The translations under genes were made by a program, and so were the position numbers. Below, piece by piece: positions 1-9,466 of a stretch of DNA of 64,000 bases. The stretch is from Parcubacteria group bacterium GW2011_GWA2_42_14 (GTDB lineage: Bacteria > Patescibacteriota > Minisyncoccia > Sungbacterales > GWA2-42-14). The DNA is taken from contig LCCV01000004.1 of NCBI GenBank assembly GCA_000998135.1, forward strand, positions 21,681 to 85,680, read 5' to 3'. The stretch's first letter is position 1. Every line of letters starts with the position of its first letter. The notes below the pieces were generated by a model, which was not told the DNA's origin, did no database searches, and saw nothing but the letters and a program-made list of their open reading frames with translations.

Positions 1-564
1 ATAATTTTTGAAGCCGGCAGTGCGCACCTTTTCAAGTTTTGCCCTTTCTTCGTTGGTAAATAAGGGACCGTTGATATGGAAACTGCGATGAAGAATATGA
101 ATTGATTCTCCCGGATAAACCATGTAAGCCGGACCGCCCCGGAAAATAAGGCGCTGGCCGCCCTCTTCAAGCCGTTCAAGAACCGCGCTATCAGCTCCTG
201 CCTTAAACAAAACCCTTACCGGTGTTTTCACTGAAACAGGATGATTTAATCTCAAATCCAGATTTTTGGTATTGGAAGTGTCAACCCACTTAACTCTGGC
301 TTGTCGCCCTTTGGCGTCAAACCACAGAGGCACCGTTGGTCCGAAACCGGCTATAGACTTTAGCTCTTTTTCGAGTTCCGGATTATTAATCATAGCGCTA
401 TTCAAGCGAATACCGGCAAGCCGGTTGTCATTGGCAAACTTGGAAAAATGGGGAAAACTCGGCCACAGCGTTACCATCAGCTTAAGCGGTTTTAATAAAA
501 CGGCCTCCGGAATTTTGTTTTTCGAGAGGCCCGGTATCAACTTTTTTAAGAGGCTCGGATTCAT
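1..564 (-). CDS. Pyruvate kinase-like barrel protein, partial (runs off the left edge; absent from the ORF track)
   Basis: Manual translation from ATG 564 is open to position 1: MNPSLLKK...LMVTLWP...GIRLNSAM...LWFDAKGRQARV...GESIHI...FTNEERAKLEKVRTAGFKNY. These segments parallel pyruvate kinase RLNFSH, LDTKGPEIR and LTEKD. Starts 5 nt after the stop of the vWA gene. Confidence 0.7.
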   Translation of the reverse strand, partial: MNPSLLKKLIPGLSKNKIPEAVLLKPLKLMVTLWPSFPHFSKFANDNRLAGIRLNSAMINNPELEKELKSIAGFGPTVPLWFDAKGRQARVKWVDTSNTKNLDLRLNHPVSVKTPVRVLFKAGADSAVLERLEEGGQRLIFRGGPAYMVYPGESIHILHRSFHINGPLFTNEERAKLEKVRTAGFKNY

Positions 565-569
565 TTCCG

Positions 570-1541
570 TTATTCCTTTTTGGATTTGCGCGTTACCGAA
601 TGTCCATCTCCCAAACGGCGTTTGGAATCATTTGCCGACGGCAAGGCGTGAACGGTGCGAAGCGCTGTATAAACACTCTTAACCTGTTCCGGCTTCTGCC
701 GATCTTCAAGTTCCTTTTTGAAGTATTTAACCCTTCCGGCTTCTTTGGCCATAATGCCAAAAATCACATCAACCACACGTTCCGGATCGCCCAGAAGAGC
801 AATGTGGTCTTCGCCGACCAAGTCAGCCCAATCTTCATGAACTCTCTTAGTGGTTCCTGTCAGCGGGCCATCGCTAAGATGATCATCGCCGTATGGTTTC
901 TGAACAAAGTAAACGGAATAATGCTGTTTTAGTTCTTCAAAAACTTGGTCTGTCTTGATTTTTTGTTTGGTATTAATATGTGCCAATGTTTCGGCTTGGT
1001 TAGGGTCTACATAATTATACGGAGATTCGTCGCCGATAAAAATTAAAAGCGGTCTTATGGCATTAGGCATATTCACGTTTCTCGCGTAATAAAGAGCGGC
1101 AAGTTCATAACTTTCCTGGGTTGTTCCTCCGCCCTGACCCTCAATGACAAGCTCCTTTAGTCTTACGGCAAGATCAGTGCCCTTGGCAAATGGGCGAACC
1201 TGCAGCGGATAATCCTCGCCATTATGCGCGTCTCCGATAGCGCCCCAACTAATTTCTACGTCCTTTCCCATATATTCTGTCTTGGCTTCATGTTCCAGAT
1301 ACGGAAGTTTAGAAAACATAGTTGCCGGCCACTCTCCCATTGAACCTGTTTGGTCGGTAATAATTACCAAAGGATTGGTGCTTTCGGTAGAAAGTTTTTT
1401 GGGAACAAGATCTTTTGCCTTAACACCCTTGCTTACCGCCTTGCTGTAACTGCCTGCCGCATAACTCCGATAACTCCGGCGGGCACTGTCAAAATCATGA
1501 CCCGACCATACACCCGGACTATAATCGCCTGCTTCAGACAT
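570..1541 (-). CDS. von Willebrand factor A (vWA) domain protein
   Basis: MIDAS-like DQTGSM, GQGGG..ESYELAA and FIGDE motifs; AAGGA ribosome-binding site upstream. Confidence 0.8.
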   Translation of the reverse strand: MSEAGDYSPGVWSGHDFDSARRSYRSYAAGSYSKAVSKGVKAKDLVPKKLSTESTNPLVIITDQTGSMGEWPATMFSKLPYLEHEAKTEYMGKDVEISWGAIGDAHNGEDYPLQVRPFAKGTDLAVRLKELVIEGQGGGTTQESYELAALYYARNVNMPNAIRPLLIFIGDESPYNYVDPNQAETLAHINTKQKIKTDQVFEELKQHYSVYFVQKPYGDDHLSDGPLTGTTKRVHEDWADLVGEDHIALLGDPERVVDVIFGIMAKEAGRVKYFKKELEDRQKPEQVKSVYTALRTVHALPSANDSKRRLGDGHSVTRKSKKE

Positions 1542-1612
1542 GGTTTTTTTTCCTTGTTTTTAAAGGTCTAACTGTATAATTATTAGTACTCTATTACCAA
1601 AATAATGTCAAG

Positions 1613-1722
1613 CCCCGTTAGAGGTTTAAAATTGTCTCCTTACCTGCTTTAGTGTAAGACGTAAGCCGCATTCGCTGTAGGTCTAATTTAAACTAATGTC
1701 TAATTTCGAACCTCTAACGGGG
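1613..1722. mobile_element. 110-bp MITE-like palindromic element (CCCCGTTAGA family)
   Basis: Terminal inverted repeats CCCCGTTAGAGGTT / AACCTCTAACGGGG, flanked by direct CAAG (1609-1612, 1723-1726); lies between divergent promoters. Confidence 0.75.
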
Positions 1723-1735
1723 CAAGGCCTGCGGC

Positions 1736-1796
1736 TTGACAATTAAAAATTATCGTATATTATATAACAAATGATAGTTCGTTAAAAATCAGGAGG
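1736..1796 (+). promoter_or_regulatory. Sigma70-like promoter, boxA-like motif and RBS of the kinase gene
   Basis: TTGACA 1736-1741, TATTAT 1758-1763, GTTCGTTAAAAA 1777-1788, AGGAGG 1791-1796. Confidence 0.6.
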
Positions 1797-1800
1797 ATTT

Positions 1801-2841
1801 ATGGCGCGCTTGGAAACCATTGGAAATCTTTATGAGGTTTTGGAAGTAAGCCCCAATGCTTCGGAAGAAGTAATGCGAGCTGCGGCCAAGGCATTAATGG
1901 TAAAATACCATCCTGATAGAGGAGGAGATGTTAATCGTTTTAAAGATGTAAGTTCAGCGCTGGAAATTCTTACCGACCCCAAAGCGCGGGCTCGGCTGGA
2001 AAATAATTTTAGAGATATGAGCGGAAAGGTTGTCGGTGAATATCGCATTTTGGCAAAGATTGCCGAAGGCGGTTTTGGAAAAACCTATAAAGCAGAACAC
2101 ATTGCCGTAGGAGAGCCCGTTTGCATCAAACACTGCCATAATCTGGATAAATTAGATGAAGCGATTCTCATAGAAGAGACAAAAATTATGTGGGACCTGC
2201 GCCATTTCTCCATTCCGGCGATTCGGGGAATCTTAAGGATGCCGGATAAAAAACTGGCCATGGTTATGAGTTATATTCCGGGACCGACTCTCGCCCAAAT
2301 CATAGAAAAGGTTTCCGAAAAAAATGAAGAACTCGACCCCGAACACGTCGCCTGGATTACGGAAAGAGTTCTTAACGCGCTTAGATATATTCACTATCAG
2401 GGTGTTGTGCACGGCGATCTTAAGCCCCATAATATCATCATTGAACCGGATAAACATTTAGCGTCTCTGGTTGATTTCGGTCTTGCCAAAATCAAACCAA
2501 AAGCCAAGTCGGGCAATAAGGGCTATACCGAATTATTTTCGGCTCCCGAGGTAATAGACGGAGGAACGATACTTCCGGAATCCGACTTTTACAGTTTGGG
2601 AATGACGATGATATATGCTTTATCGGGGGACGTAGGGCATTTGTTTAGAAAAGAAGTGCCCCGGCATACTCCCGAACCAATGAAAAAGTTTATTTCAAGA
2701 CTGATTGTGCGTAATCCATTATCAAGGCCGAAATGGCCCAAGGATCCCAATGCCCCTGACCCCTGGGACGAATTCCTTGAAGTAAGAAAAGAATCGTTTG
2801 GCAGAAACCGTTCAAAGTTAAAACCCATCCCCGGATTTTAG
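1801..2841 (+). CDS. DnaJ (J-domain)-Ser/Thr protein kinase fusion
   Basis: N-terminal LYEVLEV...KYHPDRGG J-domain; Hanks kinase motifs GGFGKTY, IK, HGDLKPHN, DFG, APE, DFYSLG. Confidence 0.9.
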   Translation: MARLETIGNLYEVLEVSPNASEEVMRAAAKALMVKYHPDRGGDVNRFKDVSSALEILTDPKARARLENNFRDMSGKVVGEYRILAKIAEGGFGKTYKAEHIAVGEPVCIKHCHNLDKLDEAILIEETKIMWDLRHFSIPAIRGILRMPDKKLAMVMSYIPGPTLAQIIEKVSEKNEELDPEHVAWITERVLNALRYIHYQGVVHGDLKPHNIIIEPDKHLASLVDFGLAKIKPKAKSGNKGYTELFSAPEVIDGGTILPESDFYSLGMTMIYALSGDVGHLFRKEVPRHTPEPMKKFISRLIVRNPLSRPKWPKDPNAPDPWDEFLEVRKESFGRNRSKLKPIPGF

Positions 2842-2891
2842 CAACCATGTTATCCCTTAAACAGCAACAATGGGCATAAGAGAACATACTC

Positions 2892-3635
2892 ATGAAAAAC
2901 ACAATCACCCGGGCTCAAAGGCGGGGTTCACGAGATTATCAGGAAGATTATTATTATTTTTCCCGTATGGAAACGGCGGAACTTAATGGATGGATGCTTG
3001 CGGTAATGGATGGCCATGATGGTAAAGAGGTGGCAGAGTTTTGCCGGGAAGAAATCGGTAAACTATTTGAAATTATCAACCCGGACGAGACGGAACCAAA
3101 GCTTCGCCGTCTCGTGAGCGAACTGAATTCTCGCACCGCAAACTTCCAAGCCGGTTCAACGCTTTCCGTTGCCGTCATTCTCGAAAGCCATTTTATGGCG
3201 TCAATCGCGATTCTGGGAGATTCCCCTGTTGTAGTATTTGATAAGCATGGAAAACTCCATGCAAGTCCTGAACACAATGTTCGTTCGAATCCCGAAGAAC
3301 GCGCGGCCGTTGAAAAACGGGGCGGTGTGTATAGCGACGGATATATTTTTACCCGAGAAAGCAATAACGGCCTTCAACTTAGCAGGGCTCTGGGAAATGC
3401 GCATCTTAACGAAATTCTTTCGCGCGAACCCGATATCTATACAATTTCCGACCCGCAATGGGTACTGGTTGCATCAGATGGGGTTTTTGACCCGTCTCAC
3501 GAACATACTTCCCATCTTCTTGAAGAAATAAAACAGCACGCCATGAATAATGCTTCGGCGGAAGATATTGTGCGGTGGGCGGAAATTCGCGGATTGGAAG
3601 ATAACGCCACGGCCATTGTCTGGAGTTTACCGTAA
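2892..3635 (+). CDS. PP2C-family Ser/Thr phosphatase
   Basis: RDYQED, DGHDG, GDS, SRALG, ASDG and DNAT motifs. Confidence 0.9.
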   Translation: MKNTITRAQRRGSRDYQEDYYYFSRMETAELNGWMLAVMDGHDGKEVAEFCREEIGKLFEIINPDETEPKLRRLVSELNSRTANFQAGSTLSVAVILESHFMASIAILGDSPVVVFDKHGKLHASPEHNVRSNPEERAAVEKRGGVYSDGYIFTRESNNGLQLSRALGNAHLNEILSREPDIYTISDPQWVLVASDGVFDPSHEHTSHLLEEIKQHAMNNASAEDIVRWAEIRGLEDNATAIVWSLP

Positions 3636-3692
3636 AAATAAAAATCCCGCGGTTAACCCCGCGGTTTTTAAATTTCTCAATCCGGGCTTTTG

Positions 3693-4238
3693 TCACTCAA
3701 TAAAATCAAGTTCGTCTAAAGATTTTTCGTAGCCGTCAATGGCCTTGTCAATTTCTTGGCGAGAAACAGGCCGGTTGGGGTCATGAGCTATTAAATTCCT
3801 GATTTTGTGCGCTTCCCACAATTCATCAATGGAATTAAGTTTGGAGCGGTCAAATTGTTTCAGCCGTTCTCCCATAGTTTCTCCCTGAAGGCCGATACGC
3901 TTCAGTAAATCGTCCGTAATGGAGTCGGCTTCAATTACGGCGAGTTTCCAGTCGGATGGATTGGGAGAGGCGGCTTTGTCCAAAACGCTTTGCCATTTTT
4001 GGGAAACATCAGTTTTCATGGAATCCGGAATTTTTCCGAAACTTTCTTCAACTATTTCTTCTATCGCTTCAAGCGCGGTTTTTTTAGGGCGGCGCAAACG
4101 GAAAAATAGAACATTTATATAAACGATGGCGGCAAAAAATATTATGGAAAAAAAACCGGCAAAAATTTTAATCCAAAAAATCAGGGTTTCTCCGCCCGAA
4201 GAATAAAACCAGTCTAAAAAGTTAAAATAAAGTTCCAT
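3693..4238 (-). CDS. Hypothetical membrane-anchored protein
   Basis: One N-terminal hydrophobic helix; AVIEAD...GETMGERLK...AHKIRNLIAH (HEPN-like R-x4-H); directly downstream of gatA. Confidence 0.7.
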   Translation of the reverse strand: MELYFNFLDWFYSSGGETLIFWIKIFAGFFSIIFFAAIVYINVLFFRLRRPKKTALEAIEEIVEESFGKIPDSMKTDVSQKWQSVLDKAASPNPSDWKLAVIEADSITDDLLKRIGLQGETMGERLKQFDRSKLNSIDELWEAHKIRNLIAHDPNRPVSRQEIDKAIDGYEKSLDELDFIE

Positions 4239-4454
4239 AATTGAATTGGTACTGATTGAAACTTGTTTCTTGCTTCGTTCGAAACGAAACTCATAGAAAC
4301 TAAATCTTCCGTCATTCTTCTCCCCCTAATACTTAGGAAGTAGGAATTAAAGAGGGTGGAGTTAATTTCGCGAGTCCCGAGCACGCCGAGGGATGAGCAA
4401 GTTTCTATTAATTTTTATGAATATTTTGAATGCCGAAAAACAGAGTTGGAAATC

Positions 4455-5918
4455 TCATAAAATTTTTTCCAATTGCGCGGCTATATTAAAAACTCTATCC
4501 TCCTGAAACCACGGGGCGATAAACTGGATTCCGACCGGCAATTTTTTACCTTCTTGCTCAACCCCTCGGCCATGCTCGGGGTAAACCCATCCGGCATTCA
4601 TGGAAAGGCCGGGCAAGCCCGCTAAATTGACGGCAACCGTGTAAATATCGGCCAAATACATTTTTAACGGGTCATCAGTTCTTTCTCCGAATTTAAACGC
4701 GGGGGTCGGAGAGGTCGGCCCGGCAATGATATCAACTTCTTTAAACGCTTTTTCAAAATCTTCTTTAATTAACCGCCTGACTTTCTGGGCCTTAAGATAA
4801 TAAGCGTCATAATAACCGGCGGAAAGCGTATATGTTCCGAGCATTATCCGTCTTTTTACTTCATCTCCAAAACCCTCGGCCCGCGTTTTAGCGTAGATAT
4901 CGTATAAACTTGTTTCTTGTCTCTTGTCGCTTGTCACTAATCCATACCGGATTCCATCAAACCGCGCGAGATTAGCCGATACTTCCGCCGGCATAATTAT
5001 ATAGTATGCGGCTAAAGCATATTCAGATATAGGCAAAGATATTTCCTTTATTTCATGGCCCAAGTCCTGAAGTTTTTTTATCGCATCACGTACAATTTTT
5101 TCTACATCAGAATCAAGGCCCTGACCAAAATACTCTTTAGGCAGTCCGATTTTGAATTTAAGATTTGGGATTTGGGATTTGGGATTTGATTCGACAGTTG
5201 TCGAATCTAACGGGTCTTTTCCCTTAATCACATCAAAAACAATTTTGGCGTCTTCAGCTGTTTTGGTTAAAGGACCGATTTGGTCAAGCGAAGAAGCCAT
5301 TGCTATAAGACCAGAACGCGAAACCATGCCATAAGTCGGTTTTAGGCCCACAACTCCGCAAAAAGAGGCGGGCTGACGGATGGAGCCACCGGTATCAGAC
5401 CCAAGGGCGGAAATACACATGTTTGCCGCAACAGCCGCGGCAGAACCGCCGGAAGAGCCGCCCGGAACGCAAGATGGGTCATGGGGATTTTTAGTCGGTT
5501 TAAATGCGGAATTTTCGGTTGAAGAACCCATGGCAAATTCATCCATATTGGTTCTGCCCAAAAAAATCGCACCTGTTTTTTTCATACGGGCAATAGCAGT
5601 CGCGTCATAGGACGCTTCGTAGTTTTCCAAAATTTTTGACGCGGCCGAGACACGTTTTCCCTCAATAAAAATATTGTCTTTAACAGCAAAAGGAATGCCC
5701 CAAAGAGGGGGCAATTCGTTAAAATCGGACGTTGCTCCATCCAGCCGTTTTGCTTCATTAAGCGCGTCTTCCCCATAGACCTCGAGATAGGCATTCAGTT
5801 CTTTATTTTTATCAATCGCTTTCAGGCAATCAGAAACAAGCTCTGCTATGGAAAATTTTTTGCTCCGTAAACCATCCTGAACTTGTTTAATTGTTAATTC
5901 GCAAAGCTCCATTCTCAT
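4455..5918 (-). CDS. gatA: Asp/Glu-tRNA amidotransferase subunit A
   Basis: Amidase signature GGSSGGSAAAV, SDTGGSIRQP, NMDEFAMGSSTENS. Confidence 0.97.
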   Translation of the reverse strand: MRMELCELTIKQVQDGLRSKKFSIAELVSDCLKAIDKNKELNAYLEVYGEDALNEAKRLDGATSDFNELPPLWGIPFAVKDNIFIEGKRVSAASKILENYEASYDATAIARMKKTGAIFLGRTNMDEFAMGSSTENSAFKPTKNPHDPSCVPGGSSGGSAAAVAANMCISALGSDTGGSIRQPASFCGVVGLKPTYGMVSRSGLIAMASSLDQIGPLTKTAEDAKIVFDVIKGKDPLDSTTVESNPKSQIPNLKFKIGLPKEYFGQGLDSDVEKIVRDAIKKLQDLGHEIKEISLPISEYALAAYYIIMPAEVSANLARFDGIRYGLVTSDKRQETSLYDIYAKTRAEGFGDEVKRRIMLGTYTLSAGYYDAYYLKAQKVRRLIKEDFEKAFKEVDIIAGPTSPTPAFKFGERTDDPLKMYLADIYTVAVNLAGLPGLSMNAGWVYPEHGRGVEQEGKKLPVGIQFIAPWFQEDRVFNIAAQLEKIL

Positions 5919-6006
5919 AAGGCGACTCTAACGACTCGAATTTTGCACACGAATGACTCGAATAAGTTATTAGAGTCATTCGAGTGTAATTCGTATATTG
6001 GAGTCG

Positions 6007-6318
6007 CTAATTAAATACTGACTTCACTTTCACAAATCCCTCTTTATGCTCCGGCGCGGCTTTTACGAGCTGAGCCACTTTTGACAATTTTTCTTCATGG
6101 TTAAAAGCATTTTCAATAATTTCATCTTTCCTCATGCAATTTATTAAATCTGTTCCGCCGGTAAGCGGCGCGACATTTTCCGTATTCACTTCATTTAATT
6201 TCGTCACAAAATTCAAAACCGCCGAAAGGTCTTTTTCGTTTTTCTCTTCCTCTGCCGGAGTTAAATCTATGCGGGCAAGTTTGGAAATATGCTGAACGTC
6301 TTTTTTTGAAATAGCCAT
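6007..6318 (-). CDS. gatC: Asp/Glu-tRNA amidotransferase subunit C
   Basis: MAISKKDVQHISKLARI...LNEVNTENV...FVKVKSV; adjacent to gatA; ATG at 6318 preferred. Confidence 0.93.
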   Translation of the reverse strand: MAISKKDVQHISKLARIDLTPAEEEKNEKDLSAVLNFVTKLNEVNTENVAPLTGGTDLINCMRKDEIIENAFNHEEKLSKVAQLVKAAPEHKEGFVKVKSVFN

Positions 6319-6382
6319 TGTTTTTGTCTCCAATCATTCACTAATTTTATTCGCGAATATTCGCGAAATAATTCGCAATTGA

Positions 6383-6774
6383 TTAGTGATTTTGGAGATA
6401 TTCAGAAACCCTTTTTATCAGTTCCGAAGGGTCAATATTGGTTTTACCAAAAAATCCACGATATTAAGTTTTTCGGTGGCTTCGCGATATTCTTCGCGGC
6501 CGTAATTCGTAAGCATCATTACCGGAATTTTTTTAAACTCTCCTTGTTCCTCATTATTTTTAAAACATCTAAGCCGTCAAGTTTCGGCATGCGTATATCA
6601 AGAATCACAAAATCCGGGTTTTTCCTGTTGAATAAGCTCAGGGTCTTCTTTTCCATCCTTGGCAAGCAAAACCTCCATCCCTTTGTTATTAAAGAGTTTT
6701 TTATAAAGAGTCAGAAGCACCGGGTCGTTGTCAACAACCAAGATTATTTTCTTTGTTTCGTTTTCTTGGGGCAT
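6383..6774 (-). pseudogene. CheY-like single-domain response regulator with three frameshifts
   Basis: Segments IILVVDND...LAKDGKE / DFVILDIRMPKLDGLDVL / KKIPVMMLTN...DFLVK / NIDPSELIKRV lie in shifting frames, with breaks near 6615, 6541 and 6441. Confidence 0.8.
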
Positions 6775-6814
6775 ATAGTTTTAATGATAAATTACCTTAA
6801 TACAAAAATCAATT

Positions 6815-6957
6815 CTTTAAATTCCAAAATTTGGATTCATAATCTCAAAAAATCCAAAATCCTAATACCCAAATCCCGAATAAATTCAAATTTTAAAATT
6901 CAAAATAGTTTCAACATTTGGTCATTCGGGATTTGAAATTTTGAATTTGGGATTTCA
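6815..6957. repeat. Degenerate heptamer array in inverted arrangement
   Basis: AAATCCC/AAATTCA-like units followed by complementary GATTTGA/TTTGGGA units; a similar block lies at 10630-10755. Confidence 0.7.
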
Positions 6958-6987
6958 ATATGCTGAATTTGTTTACTATTTATGGCT

Positions 6988-9219
6988 TCATTTAATAATA
7001 TTTAAAAATTCTTCCTCACTCAATATTTTTACTCCAAATTTCATGGCCTTATTATATTTTAAACCCGGATTTTCACCAGCAACGACATAATCAGTTTTTT
7101 TGTTTACACTTTCAGATATTTCTCCGCCCAAATTGCGGATTTTTCCTTTGGCTTCGTCTCGCGTGAACGATTCTAATTCCCCGGTCAGAACAAACGTTTT
7201 ATCTTTAAACTTGTGTTTTTTTGGTTTTTGGGATTCAATTTTAATTTTTAAGCCAGCTTTTTTAAACCTGTTTAAAAGTTCCCGATTTTTTTTGTCCCGG
7301 AACCAGTTATAAATGCTTTTGGCAACGACACCGCCTATGTCTCGGATTTTTTCCAGTTTTTCCGGTGAGGCCAAATTTAAAGCATTAATTGAACCGAAAT
7401 TTTTGGCAAGGTCAATTGCCGTTTCTTCTCCGACATGATGAATTCCGAGAGAATAAATAAAACGGTTTAATTCAATCGTCCTTTTTTGATTTATGGACGC
7501 GATTAACTTAGAGGCGGATTTTTCGGCAAAACGCTCCAGCGGCTCCAGTTCTTCTTTTTTCAGAGTAAAAATATCAGCCGCGTTTTTAATCAGTCCCGAT
7601 TCAATCAGCGCGTCAATTATTTTCGGGCCGAGACCCTGTATATCAAAAGCTTTTTTGGAAATAAAATGATAAAGTTTTTCGCGCTCTACCGCGCCGCAAT
7701 TTTTATTGGAGCAGTAATAGGCAACGCTAAATTCCTGTTTCTTGTCAGCGCTTTCTATTTTTTTTACCGGCGAGTTGCATACGGGGCAATGAAGCGGCAT
7801 ATGAAATTCTTTCGCGTTTTTTGGGCGCAGACGCCGCAAAACTCCGGTAACCGCGGGAATCACGTCTCCGGCCCGTTCGACTATGACCGTATCGCCGGTT
7901 CTCACATCAAGTCGGCGAATTTCATCTATGTTATGAAGAGTGGCATGAGTAACGGTTACTCCGCCTATTCTTACCGGTTTTAATGTTGCCACCGGAGTTA
8001 AAACTCCGGTTCTTCCGACCTGAACGATTATATTCTTAACAATGGTTGTCGTTTCCTCGGCAGGAAATTTGAAAGCGATAGCGCCTCTCGGAGCTTTTCC
8101 CACAATTCCTAATTTTTCAAAAATTTTTCCGTTATTTATCTGTATCACTACGCCATCAATTAAAAAGGGAAGTTTTTCCCTTTTTCTTCCGACCTCTTTC
8201 CAAAATTCAATAATTTCGTTCGTGTTTTTACAATGTTTCGTAAGCGGTACTGTAGGGAAACCAAGTATTCTCATAATTAAATGTTCTTCCTCGTGGGTTT
8301 CTTGGCCGAGATTCGTAACCAAATCCCAGGCAAAGAATTCAAGGTTTCTTGACGCGGTAATTTTTGGATTAAGCTGTCTTATGGAGCCCGCGGCGATATT
8401 TCGGGGATTGGCAAAAACCGGCAACCCTTTCTTTTTCTGTTCCTTGTTTGCCGCGTTAAACGCGTCTTTGGGCATATAAACTTCGCCTCTTACTTCAATT
8501 TCAGTAATTTTATGGATTGATGAGAGGAATTGCTTAACGCGCGGATATTTTTCAAGAATAATTTTTATTTCCTTGTGTTTTTTGGATAATTCTACGATAT
8601 TTTTTTGTATGCTCAGCGGGATTGATTCCACTGTTTTTAAGTTTTCCGTAACGTCTTCGCCGGTAATTCCGTCTCCGCGGGTTGACCCCGTTAGAAGTTT
8701 AAATAAAATGTTACTTGATTCAAGGGGCATAAGGCGAAAGCCGTTTTGCTTTAAGCTGTTATTGTCATAGTTGGCGTGTTGCCGGACTCCTAACCGGATT
8801 GAGCCGGTTTTAAAAACGCCGTTTTTATAAATGAGAGATACGGCAAAACCGTCGCCCTTGGCTTCGGCAAAATAATCTAATTCTGAAACATGAAACTTGA
8901 AATCTGAAACAAGTTTTTTGATACGGGTTTCCCATTCATGAAGTTCTTCTTCGGAAAAAGCGTCATTTAAAGAAGTCATGCGAACCGTATGCGCAACTTT
9001 TCTGAATTTTTCCAAAGGATTGCCGCCGACCCTTTGCGTCGGCGAATCCGGTGTTAAAAACTCGGGGAACTGTTTTTCGAGTTTCATCAGTTCGTTTTTT
9101 AGGGAATCCAAAGCGGCGTCGGAAATTTCCTGTTTGTCCAAGACATGATAAAGATAGCGGTGATAATTGATTTCTTTTTTTAGTTTTTCTATGCGATCAA
9201 AAACCCTTTTTTTATCCAT
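6988..9219 (-). CDS. ligA: NAD-dependent DNA ligase carrying a 39-aa in-frame insertion
   Basis: EAKGDG adenylation motif, TRGDG, EVRGEV, ANPRN, QVGRTG, Cys4 zinc finger, HhH repeats, BRCT. Confidence 0.97.
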   Translation of the reverse strand: MDKKRVFDRIEKLKKEINYHRYLYHVLDKQEISDAALDSLKNELMKLEKQFPEFLTPDSPTQRVGGNPLEKFRKVAHTVRMTSLNDAFSEEELHEWETRIKKLVSDFKFHVSELDYFAEAKGDGFAVSLIYKNGVFKTGSIRLGVRQHANYDNNSLKQNGFRLMPLESSNILFKLLTGSTRGDGITGEDVTENLKTVESIPLSIQKNIVELSKKHKEIKIILEKYPRVKQFLSSIHKITEIEVRGEVYMPKDAFNAANKEQKKKGLPVFANPRNIAAGSIRQLNPKITASRNLEFFAWDLVTNLGQETHEEEHLIMRILGFPTVPLTKHCKNTNEIIEFWKEVGRKREKLPFLIDGVVIQINNGKIFEKLGIVGKAPRGAIAFKFPAEETTTIVKNIIVQVGRTGVLTPVATLKPVRIGGVTVTHATLHNIDEIRRLDVRTGDTVIVERAGDVIPAVTGVLRRLRPKNAKEFHMPLHCPVCNSPVKKIESADKKQEFSVAYYCSNKNCGAVEREKLYHFISKKAFDIQGLGPKIIDALIESGLIKNAADIFTLKKEELEPLERFAEKSASKLIASINQKRTIELNRFIYSLGIHHVGEETAIDLAKNFGSINALNLASPEKLEKIRDIGGVVAKSIYNWFRDKKNRELLNRFKKAGLKIKIESQKPKKHKFKDKTFVLTGELESFTRDEAKGKIRNLGGEISESVNKKTDYVVAGENPGLKYNKAMKFGVKILSEEEFLNIIK
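8686..8798. mobile_element. CCCCGTTAGA-family element inserted in frame in ligA
   Basis: Ends CCCCGTTAGAAGT / ACTCCTAACCGGA, flanked by TTGA at 8682-8685 and 8799-8802; 113+4=117 nt=39 codons. Confidence 0.8.
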
Positions 9220-9284
9220 GTTTACAAAATTAAAAATGAGTGTGTTTTTACTAACCAGTGAAGGCGCAATATCCTTATTCGGTT

Positions 9285-9398
9285 ACCCGGCCCTAATTCC
9301 GAAAATAGTTTACCGCTATGCCATAAGTTAAATCGCGGTATCGCCCGCGGCTTACTTTTTATAAGCGCAGAATTATAACTTAAGAATTAGAGCCGGGT
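9285..9398. mobile_element. 114-bp MITE-like element (CCCGGCYCTAATTC family)
   Basis: Ends ACCCGGCCCTAATTC / GAATTAGAGCCGGGT; second copy of the same length at 18602-18715. Confidence 0.7.
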
Positions 9399-9466
9399 TA
9401 AGGTTGGGCAGCCGCAATTTTTTCGTCCTTTGATAAGCTCAGGACTTAAAATTGCGGGCCAAGCAC

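Noticed and set aside
266-682. 138-aa plus-strand ORF
   Set aside because: Antisense shadow of the PK-like and vWA genes
6379-6936. 185-aa plus-strand ORF
   Set aside because: Antisense to the response-regulator pseudogene and runs through heptamer repeats
8686-8802. Intein in ligA
   Set aside because: Only 39 aa, no intein terminal residues; better explained by inverted termini plus a 4-bp duplication
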